Of a stretch of DNA of 64,000 nucleotides, positions 12,971-25,529 are shown one piece after another. The number at the start of each line of letters is the position of its first letter. The first letter of the stretch is position 1. Source of the DNA: Octopus sinensis (lineage: Eukaryota); the NCBI RefSeq assembly GCF_006345805.1, contig NC_043012.1, positions 21,514,001 to 21,578,000 on the forward strand, given 5' to 3'. A program made the position numbers and the translations under genes. The notes below the pieces were generated by a model. It did no database searches, was not told where the DNA came from, and saw nothing but the letters and a program-made list of their open reading frames with translations.

Positions 12971-13187
12971 TAAATATGTATATATACCAATTAAGGACTG
13001 AACACGAAAAGTGGACAGTCAACATGCTAGATATAGACGTCAAATCGCCATTTTCCACAAAAGATTATGTTCTCAAATCATTTGAGAACATAATCTTTTG
13101 TGGAAAATGGCGATTTGACGTCTATATCTAGCATGTTGACTGTCCACTTTTCGTGTTCAGTCCTTAATTGGTATATATACATATTTA
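12971..13187. repeat. Perfect palindrome: 108-bp arms with a 1-nt centre
   Basis: 12971-13078 is the exact reverse complement of 13080-13187 (checked base by base). Confidence 0.97.
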
Positions 13188-13314
13188 ATCTTCGGATTCT
13201 TTTTTTAATATGCTAGACCACTGGTTTTAATTGATAAATATTGATTTCTACCCTTAATTAATTAATTTTATATAAATATGTATATATGTACGCATGTATT
13301 AATATGTATTAATA

Positions 13315-13346
<32 letters not shown>

Positions 13347-14291
13347 CATGTGTGTATGTATACATATATATGCAAAAAGAATAAGAGGCTAGCACCTATA
13401 CGCTAGCTAAAACAGCATTTTGGTAGTTATACATACATATGTACATACATACACACGAACACATACATATGATGATGATGACGATGACGACAACGATGGT
13501 AGAATCTTCTGTTGAAGACAACGTGTGTTCGTTGAAGAAGACACATCACCAGTCTAGCAAAAGGACATAGATACAGAACTGGTTATCTACATATTGAGAG
13601 AGAGCGAGTGAGAGAGAGAGAGAGAGTGAGAGAGAGAGAGAGAGTGTGTGTGTGTGTCAACCAAAATAATTTATTGTTCTAAGTAATTATGGCTGTATGC
13701 TGTCCTGTTTACTCACAGGCTGATGGTCCATCCAGTCCTGCTACACTAACTTCCATCCCTGGTTCACTCAAAGTTGAGGAAAAGAGGCGGGGGGGGGGGA
13801 GAATCAGGCTCATAAACATAACAAGTGGAGTAAACCAGTGAGATGGAGCCTCCAGCTGACTGGGTGATGCAGCTGCTAGAAATAGAAGTCACATCTCTCA
13901 CAATTCACACTCTCCTATCTTAAATATCTTAGGAAACAGACTTTATCATTCAAATTTATGGAGCTGCCTGGCCCATAGGTGCCTTTGGAAGAGTCCACTC
14001 TGTTGCAAGAACTCAAGCCAGGTCTGAGAATAACATCCTTCTTTCTTCACAGCAAACCAGAAGGCTCTGATTTTAAAAAAAAAAGTCATGTGCACTGTCT
14101 CATGAGTCAGCCATAATGAAAAAAAAAATGAAGGGACAGTCACTGCTGGAACAATTTTAACCCTTTGACTAACTAATTAAATATCATGGTCATTCCAATA
14201 ACAATATTAATTATCTACCAAAAAAATTAGAACTGATATTATCTGCTTCTGCAGTACTTTTTCAGTATCTCCTGTTTCTCCTATTCACACA

Positions 14292-14625
14292 TGGCTCAGT
14301 GGTTAGAGTGTCAGGCTCACAATCATGAGGTAGTGAGTTCAATTGCCGGACCGGGCTGTGTACTGTTTTTAAGCAATACACCATATTTCACGTTGCTCCA
14401 GTTCACTTAGCTATAGAAACTGAGTTGCAACATCACTGGTGCCAAGCTGTATCGGCCCCTTTGCCTTTCCCTTGGATAACATTGGTGACACGAAAAGGGG
14501 AAGCTGGTATGCATGGGCGACTGCTGGTCTTCCCACAGACAACCTTGCCCAGACTTGTGCCTCAGAGGGGAACTTTGTAGGTGTAATCATATGGTCAGTC
14601 ATGACTGAAGGGGGTCTTTACCCTT
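14292..14625 (+). mobile_element. tRNA-derived SINE family C (CORE-like central domain)
   Basis: ggctcagtggttagag (A box)...gagttcaattgcc (B box), followed by a tttcacgttgctccagttcac segment. Confidence 0.6.
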
Positions 14626-16440
14626 TACCAATTTTACTATTCACCCCATATTAACAAAGAACCTACAAAGAATGGTCTAAACACTGGTGACCAGTAGCTC
14701 TCCTTCCTGGCTGAGTTACCATGCCAGTCAGGTTAGTTGGTCAACACAGCAGTTGAACAGGCAGAAGAACTAGTCTACACATCTTTTAGCTGTTTCAGTC
14801 ATTAGACTGTGGCCATGCTGGAGCACCACCTTCAATTTTCAGTTGAATGAATTTACCCCAGGACTTAGCTTTTTTTTTAAGCTTGATATTTTATTCTGTC
14901 AGGCTGTTTTGCTGAACTGCTAAGTTATGGGGACATAAACACACAAACACCAGTCATCAAATGGTGGTGGGTGACAAACACAAAGACACACACACACACA
15001 CACATACATGTGTGTGTGTGTGTGAGTGAGTGTGTGTACGTGCGATGAGCTTTATTCAGTTTCCGTCAACCAAATCAACTCACAAGGCTTTGGTCAGCAC
15101 AAGGCCATAGTAGAAGATACTTGCCCATCGTGTCACACAGTAGGACTGAACGCAGAACCATATGGTTGGGAAGCAAGCTTCTTACCACACAGCTACGTCT
15201 GCGCCTGCACACAGACTGAGAAGCAAAGCTGTCGCATGTAAAGTGTGAACAGATGCCAAAGGACAGATAAGTAGAGAGATAAATCATTTGAGAGAAAGAA
15301 AAGGTGAGAGAGAGAGAGAGAGAGAGAGAAGAAAAAGAGACGAGAGAAAAAGAGAGAGGCAGAGATATGAATGTATGTGAAATTGCTGTCATAAAAGGTC
15401 AGATTTTCAGCAATTTATTTTCTGCTGACCAAAACATTGATCTATAGTTCCTAAATAGTATGCCAGGACCCTTGTTTTATGTTTATCTTCTTTCCAAAAT
15501 TTTCAAGTCCAAAGTTCGTAGGGTTTCTTCAAGGTCAGGCATTTTTTAACACAAGGAAATCTGATGTGTGTGTGTGAGAGAGAGACAGACAGACAGACAG
15601 AGAGTATATCACCATCATCACCACTGATTTAATGTCCACTTTTCCACATTTGCATGGGTCATATGGCATTTGTTGAAGCAGATTTTCTGTGGCCAGATGC
15701 CCTTCCTGTCACTAGCCCTCACTTGGCACCAAGCAAGGTAACATTTTCACATGACCAGACACGTTTTCATGGAAGGCTAGAAATGATTGACAGCACAGGT
15801 ATGACCGTAACACTCAAGCATGATTCAGGTTTTGGCTAACCACATCAAATGATATGGGATAACTGGGGATTACTTACAGTAAACAATCTCATGGTATTTC
15901 ACCCGTTGGATTATAAACAGTTGGCCAAGTGTACAGCACGGACATTACGGTTCAACTGGGGTCTGGGAAGCCAGAAGGCTGCACCAGGCCCAGTCTGATC
16001 TAGAAACATTGCCAGATCAGACTGGGCCTGGTGCAGTCTTCTGGCTTCCCAGACCCCAGTTGAACCGTCCAACCCATGCTAGCATGGAAAGCGGACGCTA
16101 AATGATGATGATGATGACGATGATGGAGAAATATACTTCTACATATTTTTTTTAAATTATTATTACTGTATCTTACTGTGAAACATTTAACCAGGATGAA
16201 TCTTAATGCAGCTGAACTAACAGGATGCAAATAACCACCACATAACAAAATATCCATACAGCAGAAACATATACCAGACGGAGGTTTAAGGAGAATATAT
16301 TGTATAAAAGACAGTAACAATAAAAAAAAACAGAGATGATGTATAATTCTCCACACACACACACATATATTTACAACAGGCTTCTTTCAGTTTCCATCTA
16401 CGAAATACATTTACAATGCTTTGATTGACCTGTAGCTATA

Positions 16441-16660
16441 CAAGGAGGTGCTGAAAAGTTCCTGGCTTTAAAGGTATCGTGAAAGGGTTGGTTGGAAGCC
16501 CAACCCTCTGGAGTTCTTTTACAGGGTATAGAAAAACTGAAGGACCCCTGCAATATGTGTGTGAATCTGAGAGGGGAATTTGGTGAATAAAATCATAATT
16601 AACTCATCCTCTTGTATTTTTTTTTTACCCAAAGCCAGGAACTTTTCAGTACCCCCTTCA
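16441..16660. mobile_element. Mariner-derived MITE with TA TSD
   Basis: TIRs ...gtgctgaaaagttcctggcttt / aaagccaggaacttttcagtac...; carries a transposase C-terminal remnant; inverted relative at 52659-52876. Confidence 0.85.
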
Positions 16661-16769
16661 TATATTTGTCCAAGACACCATGCAGGGTGGCTGAACTCCA
16701 AAAATGTGATTGAGAAGCAAACTGCTTAACCACACAGCTATATTTCAAAGAGTAAAGTAAGCTCCTTAC

Positions 16770-16843
16770 TTCTAATGGTTGGGCATAGAATAACTCAGTT
16801 GGATCTTTCAGTTCTTGTGCCTCTTTCATTAGACGCTTCACAG
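16770..16843 (-). CDS. UBE2J1: UBE2J1 coding exon 2 (74 nt)
   Basis: tttgcag|CT GTG AAG CGT CTA ATG AAA GAG...CCA TTA GAA|gtaagg; AVKRLMKEAQELKDPTELFYAQPLE. Confidence 0.97.
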
Positions 16844-17281
16844 CTGCAAATAGAAAGAAAATAAACATTTAGACATTTTTTCATCAAGTAAAGATGACAC
16901 ACACACACAACGTGAGTGTGGTCGAGGTATTGATCTCCTGACCGCATGGTCATTAATTCAGGCTCCACGACAGACATTGTGACGTGTCTCTAAACAAGGT
17001 GCACAGCTCGTTCAAAGCTGATTGATTAACAATAACCATAGCAAACAGTCAACAGTAAAAAAAAGATCTATGCAAATATAAAAATTAACAACAACCACCA
17101 AAAGAAAAGTCATTGTAGTTAGAGCTGAATGTGAAAATGGGGATTTTAAATATTAGCCATGTATTGAAATGAATATAATCAACTTGTCCCTTCCCTGCAA
17201 ATTTCAGGCCTTGTGCCTACAATAGAAAGGATTATTATTAATTATTATTATTATTATTATTATCATCATCATAAAAAATAA

Positions 17282-17644
17282 AAATCGAAATCGATCAACA
17301 TCAATGGAAATTGCAGCTGTGATACCAGTGCCGGTGGTATGTAAGAGAACCATCCGAACGTGGCCGTTGCCAGCGCCGCCCCGACTGGCCTCGTGCCAGT
17401 GGCACACAAAAAGCACCATCCGATCGTGGCCGTTTGCCAGCCTCGTCTAGCACCTGTGCCAGTGGCACATAAAAAGCACCCACTACACTCATGGAGTGGT
17501 TGGCGTTAGGAAGGGCATCCAGCCGTAGAAACATTGCCAAATCAGACTGGGCCTGGTGCAGCCTTCTGGCTTCCCAGACCCCAGTTGAACCGTCCAACCC
17601 ATGCTAGCATGGAAAGCGGACACTAAACGATGATGATGATGATG

Positions 17645-17645
<1 letters not shown>
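17282..17645 (+). mobile_element. RTE LINE 3'UTR fragment. Similar copies at about 30176-30470(-), 35440-35786(+), 45300-45828(+), 46345-47040(+, two), 49251-49730(-), 57278-57875(-), 59520-60325(+), 63717-64000(-)
   Basis: Same sequence as the 3'UTR attached to the RTE ORF at 23090-23700; (GAT)n tail. Confidence 0.85.
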
Positions 17646-17680
<35 letters not shown>

Positions 17681-20503
17681 GTCCTCTCATCCTTCGCCCT
17701 TGTGGTAAATAAATGAAATCATTATTATTATTATTATTAAAGGTTGTGAGCTGGTGGTTAGCAGCTTTTCATCTATCTTTATGTTCTGAGGTCAAATCCC
17801 GCCAAGGTTGACTTTCCTCCTTTTGGGGTTGATAAAACAAGTACCAGTCAAATACTCGGATCAATGTAATTGACTTCTCCTTCCCCTCACAAACTGCTGG
17901 CCCAGTGCCAAAATTAGAAAGCATCGTTATTATTATTGAGTGAGAGAGCAGCACATGCCATCAAAGTGACCCTGGAGTACAATTATACGAAGCCCAGTAT
18001 ACCCATCATGACTAGCCATCTGATAAGTATAAACCAAGCACAAGCATTACAACCATATGTGCACGACAAGGTGGTCTCATATCAAGATAAACAGCGCATG
18101 ACCTTGCAGGTGGGGCCCAGTTAGAATTTTCTTCAGGAGAAATTCAATGGGATTGAAACTAGAACCACATAGTTGTGAAGTGAACTTTTTAACTACCTAG
18201 TCATGCCCACATCCTTAAGAGAGATATAACCAAAAGCTATTCATATGTTATTTAGTTACAGTTATGAATTCCATTTGAAAACCTGAATGAAATATCATCG
18301 TCATTTAACGTCCACTTTTCAATGCTTGCATGGGTCAGACAAAATTTATTGAGATTTTCTATGGCCAGAGGCCCTTCTTGTTGCCAACCCTTACCAATTT
18401 CCAAGCAATATTTCCTCATGAACAGACATGGAAGACTGGAAATGAACATTATTTGTTTGATGTTGATGCTCCTTTGCAATCATCACATGATGTCATGGAT
18501 ATACACAAACACACAGACACAGAAACACAAACACACAGACACATATACACACATACATATGACAGGCTTCTTTCAGTTTCTGTCTACCAAATCCATTCTC
18601 AAGGCTTTGGTAAGCCTGAGGCTATAGGAAAGACATTAGACATTTACTCAAGGTGCCAAAGTGGGTTTCTTAACCACACAGCCATGCCTTCACCCATACA
18701 TTTTCGTATTCCTTAGAGTGTTTGTAAAGGGACACAAATTCCTTCCAGAAACATGAAAAATCAAATTTCAAGCTTGGAAAAAGACTAAGATTAGTAAACA
18801 AACATCTAATTAGTGAATGGCATCAAATCTTTACTACTGTCTTGAGTTAATTAGTGCACCTGAGTTTGACAATGAAATTGGTGGGGTTATACAAACACGC
18901 AAAAGTTTCTAAACACATTAATAAAACATTAATCAATCAATGACAAAACTGGAACACACACAAACTCACAGTATAATTTCAGATTAATGACAGGTTGCTG
19001 GAGTTGTTGTTTAACCCTTTAGATACCAGCCCAACTGAAATTTTCCCTGGTTTGAAAATACAAGTTTCCTATTTTAGAGTGATCTAAATTAGGATTTCCG
19101 ATGAAAATTTCTTGATCATTTTTGTTCCATGCATCAACTTAATAATAACAAGGTTATTTTACTTCATTCTTTGTTATTTTTTTAATTAATTGAAACATAG
19201 GTGCAGGTATGGCTGTGTGGTAAGAAGTTTGCTTCCCAGCCACATGGTTGAAGGTTCAGTCCCACTGCATGGCACCTTGGGCAAGTGTCTTCTACTATAG
19301 CCCTAGGCCTTCTGGGTGGATATGGTAGATATATTTCTTTATTGCCCACAAGGGGCTAAACATAGAGGGGACAAACAAGGACAGACAAAGGGATTAAGTC
19401 GATTACATCGACCCCCAGTGCGTAACTGGTACTTTAATTATCGACCCCGAAAGGATGAAAGGCAAAGTCAACCTCGGCGGAATTTGAACTCACAACGTAA
19501 CGACAGACGAAATACGGCTATGGCGTAGATAACAAATGAAAAGAGTCCATCATGAATATGTATAACTTTGCATCAACATGTACCTTCTTGCGACAATGTA
19601 GCCTTTAATCTAATCAAGATATCCTTGGCCTGAAGAGTAGCCAGCATTATACACCTCACTTGGATCTTACCATTTGAAACATATGAGAAAAAGAAACCAT
19701 TTGAATAAGTTTAAAAACCAGAATAAGCTTAAAAAAAAAATAAAACAAGTTCTGGGATCAATGTGTTTGACAAAACCCTTCAAGGTGGTGCAGCAGTATG
19801 GCCATAGTGCAGTGGCTGAAACCAGTAAAAGATAAAGATGGTGAAATGCAGAATTGTTAGAGCATCAGACAATACATGGCTGTATTTAGCTACAGCCCTT
19901 TTGAACTCTGAGTTCAAATTCTTCCAAGGTCAACTGTACCATAACAGTTCTGGAGACACAAAAAGGCATCCAGTACAGACTTAGTATTTGGTAATCAATC
20001 CAAACAGCAACAAAACCAGACTCACGAGGACTCTTTACTTTTCTTGATGTCATGGTAAACTTTACAGCTGGCACCATGAAAAATGTACTCATTGCATTCT
20101 GTAAAATTGTCAGTGTTAGGAAGGACACGCAGCTGTAGAAACAAAGCCCAAAAATGGGACGCAACATTGGAGGAAGATGTGGTTCTGACCAGTTGAATTC
20201 TCTCAAAATGTTCCATCCATGCCAGCATGGATAAGCAGATATAAAATGATGATGTTGATGATGATGACATATATATGTATATATCTATGTATGTGCATAT
20301 ATATATATATATTCCTTTATTTCTTTCAGCCATTTTGACTGCGGCCATGCTGGAGTACCACCTTTAGTTGAGAAAATCGAATCCAGGACTTATTCTTTGT
20401 AAGCCTTGTACTTATTCTATCGGTCTCTTTCACTGAAACGCTAAGTTACGGGGACATAAACACACCAGCATCAGTCGTCAAGCGATGTGGGGGGGGGGGG
20501 CAA

Positions 20504-20548
<45 letters not shown>

Positions 20549-20774
20549 TATATATATACACAACAGGCTTCTTTCAGATTTTGTCTACCAAATCCACTCA
20601 CAAGGCTTTGGTCAGCCCAAGGCTATAGCAGAAGACACTTGCCCAACACTTTTGTCAGCCTGGGGCTATAGTAGAAGGCCTAATGTGCTACACAGTGTGA
20701 CTGAACCCAGAACCATGGGGTTGGAAAGCAAACTTCTTACCACACAGCTAATCTTGAACCAGCTGTCACCTTAA

Positions 20775-20994
20775 CCCTTTCGTTACTGTATTTATTTTGA
20801 GATGCTCTGTGTTTCTTTCAATTACTTTAAATATAACAAAGAATTTAGTAAAATAACTTAGTTACCATTCAGATAGTGTTAGGAACATAAATTGTGGCTA
20901 AGGTTTGGTGGAAGATTTTAATTCAAAACTTATGAAAACAAGACATTTGTACTCAGAGCCAAGGCTGGTTTCAGCTGGGTTGGTAACGAAAGGG
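20775..20994. mobile_element. piggyBac-like MITE, second family
   Basis: TTAA|CCCTTTCGTTAC...GTAACGAAAGGG|TTAA; decayed relatives at about 19013-19190 and 55240-55410. Confidence 0.88.
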
Positions 20995-21943
20995 TTAATT
21001 AAAGACGACATTTCTCAAACAAATTTATTTGATTACATCTGATCTGCCAGCATGCCATAAGATCTATTCTAGAAGATATGAATGAGGCAAGTGGGGTGGT
21101 TGTGGTTATTCAACAATAAACAAAAAGCAAAAAATAATAATAAAAAAAAAAAAAAGAAACCAATGACCTTCTCATATGTTTAGTCCTAGCTTCTTAATCA
21201 GTTTAAGCAATCTCCTCTATGGCAACAATGATCTATGCAGACTGTATTTTAATCATAGCAAGATCAAATTCCCAACTTTCCATTTGTATCACCACAAAAT
21301 TACATGTTTCCATCACTTGACCCATTATTATTTTCCTATGCTGCAAAGTACACAATAGAACTGTTCTTGTTGTTGAGCTCCAGGACATTTTTTTCTCATG
21401 ATCATAGACATTCTACCTATGACCATCCTGCCTTTTTTTTTTTTTTTTTACACACAAAGTATATACCAAGGGCTACACTTTCTGGTATGCCATTCCATTT
21501 TTAAAACCGTAGGGTGAAAGTTAAGAAAGATTTGGCTGCTATTTCTAGCAGGCTGAACGACCAAGTAGAGGCTTCCTTATTAGTCTGTTCTTAATGCAAT
21601 TGTTTTCTTAATAAGTTGCTGTTTAACCCCAGGTCGACCTTCATCAAGTGAATCAAAATGAAATACCTTCTAGCCATATCTAACCTGTCACTCTGTCATC
21701 AATGCATTTCAGGCTACATTATCCTGTATATCCTTCCATTATTACTACAGTAAAGTGTCAGTTTGAAGGGAACTTAGCTGCTATATTTGGCTGACTGACT
21801 GAACAAGTTGTACAGATTCCTTCACTGGCTCATACGTAAGACAGTCATTTTAATGGCTTGGTTTTGTTCATATCCAACCCATACAAAATACAGTTTGAGG
21901 CAAGCACGATAATTCACATAAAACCCACAAAAAATATTTAACT

Positions 21944-22130
21944 CAGGGGTCCCCAAACTTCTTAAACCATCCACCCGCTTCATGAAATCCTTGACCCCTC
22001 ATCGACTCCCAGGCATGTACAAGAAAACAAATAACCAAATAATAGTAATTAAGCAGATGTGCATTTATCGACCCCTTGAATAGTCTCAGTGACCCTCAGG
22101 GGTCTATATCAACCACTTTGGAAACTCCTA
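21944..22130. mobile_element. hAT MITE with 8-bp TSD
   Basis: ATTTAACT|CAGGGGTCCCCAAACT...ACTTTGGAAACTCCTA|ATTTAACT. Confidence 0.85.
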
Positions 22131-23089
22131 ATTTAACTAACCATCATCATGATATCTGGTTGGAAATAAATATACCTCAAAGGAAGTTTCTATGCCATCA
22201 TTTGATCCACTAATCTCAAATCTCACTTTTACTAACTTGAAAACAGGAAAGCACACATCAGATAAAATACACCCTAATATCAGAAAGAAAAAAAACAGGG
22301 TGGTCACAGCTGAAATATATCTTGGTCATACATCTGCATGATCAACCCTAACCCTAACCCTAAGGGGTCAAACAACAGCAATGATCTTTAAGTGGCATTT
22401 TATCTGTTTTAGCTTAGAAGTTTCACAATGAAGAAAGTTCTAAGTAAGGCACAGCTTTAAATAACTGAAGCCTATTTCATGTCATTGTATTAACAGCTGC
22501 TACAGTGTCAACAATTTATCATATCTTTCTAAAGGCAAGCAACGTTATGTATGTTTCTGATCAATAGTGCTGATAATAAAGATATTGTTTAGCAAGCCAG
22601 TGGTAAGAGCTTCAATTCTTAACAATAGTAGAGATTCAGTTGTAAAGGCTTTGATATCTGGCGGCATGATGTACTTTCTCACCCAACTATAATGCATTTA
22701 ACTGAAAAAAGACGTTTATCTGATCACTGTGGTTAAGGCTGCAGTTCGTCAGGCTAAAAAAAATTTACCTTCGCTGTGCAACTCATTAAACAAGCAATGG
22801 TCATATTCATTACTGAGTCAACTTCCATCACATCATCATCATCAGCAGTTTAATGTTTATGTTTCCATGCTTGCATAGGTCAGACAGAAATCATTGAAGC
22901 AGATTCTCTGCAGCTGGATGCCCTTCCTGTCACCAATCCTCAACTGTCTTCAAGCAAGCTAATATTCTGTTATGGCTGGACATGTCCACACAGAAGACAT
23001 GAAACAAAGCACACTGCTAGAATGACAGTGGCATTCTTTATAACTATCTCATATCATGACAAGGAGACGTAAACATAGATGCCTCTCTC

Positions 23090-24410
23090 ATCATCATCAT
23101 CATCATCATTAGCGTCCATTTTCCATGCTAGCATGGGTTGGACGGTTCTACTGGGGTCTGTGAAGCCAGAAGGCTTCATCAGGCCCAGTCAAATCTGGCA
23201 GTGTTTCTACGGCTGGATGCCCTTCCTAACGCCAACCACTCCGTGAGTGTAGTGGGTGCTTTTTACGTGCCACCCGCACTGGTGCCAGACAGAGCTGGCA
23301 AACGGCCACGAACGGATGGTGCTTTTTATGTGCCACCGGCACGAGGGCCAGGCGAGGCTGGCAACGGACACGAAACGGGGCGGTGCTGGCAACGGTCGCG
23401 AAACGGAAAGTTCTCTTACATGCCACCGGCACTGGTAACACATCTGCAATTTCCATTGATCGATTTCCATTGATCGATTTCGATTCTGATCCTCACTTGC
23501 CTCAATGGGTCTTCACAAGCAGAGTTTCGACATGCCACCGCACTGGTAGCACATCCGCAATTTCCATTGATCGATTTCGATTCTGATCCTCACTTGCCTC
23601 AACACGTCTTCACAAGTAGAGTTTTGTGTCCCAAGAAGGGAAGGTATGCATACGTAGGCTGGCTCCATCCCATGTAGAAGGCCACGGGTTGTGGACTCAC
23701 TTGTCCTGCCGGGTCTTCTCGCGCACAGCACACTTCCAGAGGTCTCGGTCTCTAGTCATTTCCTCAGTGAGACCTAAAGTTCGAAGGTCGTGCTTCACCA
23801 CCTCGTCCCAGGTTTTCCTGGGTCTGCCTCTTCCACAGGTTCCCTCAACCGCTAGGGTGTGGCACTTTTTCACACAACTATCTTCATCCATTCTCGCCAC
23901 ATGACCATACCAGCGCAAACGTCTCTCTTGCACACCACAACTGATGCTTCTTAGGTCCAGCTTTTCTCTCAAGGTACTTACACTCTGCCGAGTGTGAGTA
24001 CCGGCATTACACATCCATCGGAGCATACTGGCTTCATTTCTAGTGAGCTTACGCATATCCTCAGCAGTCACGGCCCATGTTTCACTGCCATGTAGCATGG
24101 CTGTTCGTACACACGCATCATACAGTCTGCCTTTCACTCTGTGCGAGAGGCCTTTTGTCACCAGCAGAGGTAAGAGCTCTCTGAACTCTGCCCAAGCTAT
24201 TCTTACTCTAGCAGTTACACTTTCAGCACACCCGCCCCCGCTGCTGACTTGGTCACCTAGGTAACGGAAACTATCAACTATTTCTAGTTTTTCTCCCTGG
24301 AAAGTGACGGAAGTTGGTCTCAGAGCATTTTCAGTGTTTATTGTTCCTGAGCATCTGCCACATACAAAAACCATCTTCCTAGTTAGCCTTCCTTTGACAT
24401 TGCTGCATCT
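23090..24410 (-). mobile_element. RTE LINE, 5'-truncated, uninterrupted ORF C-terminus (about 235 aa), 3'UTR and (GAT)n tail
   Basis: ORF 23697..24437: ...EIVDSFRYLGD...KGRLYDACVRTAMLHGSETW...RLRWYGHVARM...GRGRPRKTW, typical of the region downstream of the RTE RT domain. Confidence 0.93.
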
Positions 24411-24699
24411 ATATATATATATATATATATTAATCAAAATAAAAACATGATGCCAAGGATTCAGCAGTACATATGTTTCGGGCCTTTATTAGACGGATTT
24501 ACAACAATGCATAATGTGTGTCTATGGCCTTCTTTAGCCGCGCACAATTACTACTTCAAGGACATGTATTACATCAAAAATTCTACGTTGGGGATGCAAA
24601 TCCTCTCAGTCGCGTACGACATAATGCGGTACCAGCACAAAAATGAAGTGTCCATCCCGTCCTTCTCTCAATGTGTATATATATATATATATATATATA

Positions 24700-25090
24700 A
24701 ACACAAGTAAAACACCGCCACGTCCAATGGATGGTGCTGAGTTGTCAAACATTTAAACCAAATTTTCTTAAAACAACTTGTCCGACTGTCCCATTTTGTG
24801 GCATTTCAAGCCAGCCGGCTTTTTTTGCGCAAACTGCACGTGCATTTTTCTCGCGTACATGTAGTATCGATTGCATCAGCTGAAGTGCTTACACGTACAA
24901 ATGCACGTTCCCACGGCTTTATCGATCGCATTCTCACCTGGAATCGATTTTTGTAATTTTTTCAAGACTTATACACGCCCTGACACCATCGGTATCTACA
25001 TATAAAATTTGAGTGTGCAATTGGATGGAGGATGCCCGAGATCCGAGAAGACACACACACACACAGACAGACCGAATGGATTTTATATAA
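24700..25090 (+). mobile_element. Helitron/Helentron-like non-autonomous element (tentative)
   Basis: 3' end aaatttgag...ccgagat...acacacagacagac...ttttatata has the same architecture as the other Helitron-like copies. Confidence 0.35.
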
Positions 25091-25478
25091 TATATACATA
25101 CACACACATACACACATATAGTGTAAACTGAGTTAGCAGTTATAGTAACCAACTAAGGGATAAGATATCTGTATGTACTATTGGTATCCATTACCCGTAT
25201 CCTCATCAGGCATAGGTGTGCAGGCACACTATACACGTAGAGTGCAGGTAACAACAGAATAAACAAGAGTTTATCAGGAAACAAATACAAATAATCAGAA
25301 AATGGAGAAAACCTCAGATTAACAGACACATCGATTGGACCACATTTATAGCTTATTTTTTAATAGAAAGCATGACATAACAAACCTTACGGCCATTTCT
25401 GCATCCATTGCCAAATACTGTCTACAAAATAATTGTGAAAATAAAATTCATCTTCACAGGACATTCGAAGGTAGAGCT

Positions 25479-25529
<51 letters not shown>

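Noticed and set aside
13700-13775. Exon-like stretch ending at |gtgagt on the minus strand
   Set aside because: No good acceptor and no recognisable peptide.
16177-16216. Possible poison cassette exon (ttag or ttcag ... ACA|gtaaga) in UBE2J1 intron 2
   Set aside because: Such splice-like pairs arise by chance in AT-rich introns; there is no support without RNA-seq.
22344-22363. (CCCTAA)3 interstitial telomere-like repeat
   Set aside because: Too short; the motif also occurs inside MITEs here.
24455-25230. Possible Penelope-type hammerhead ribozyme (CTGATGAG at about 25209-25202 minus; CCGAAAC at about 24480 minus)
   Set aside because: The two half-motifs are about 700 bp apart and neither has a complete stem II/GAAA core.
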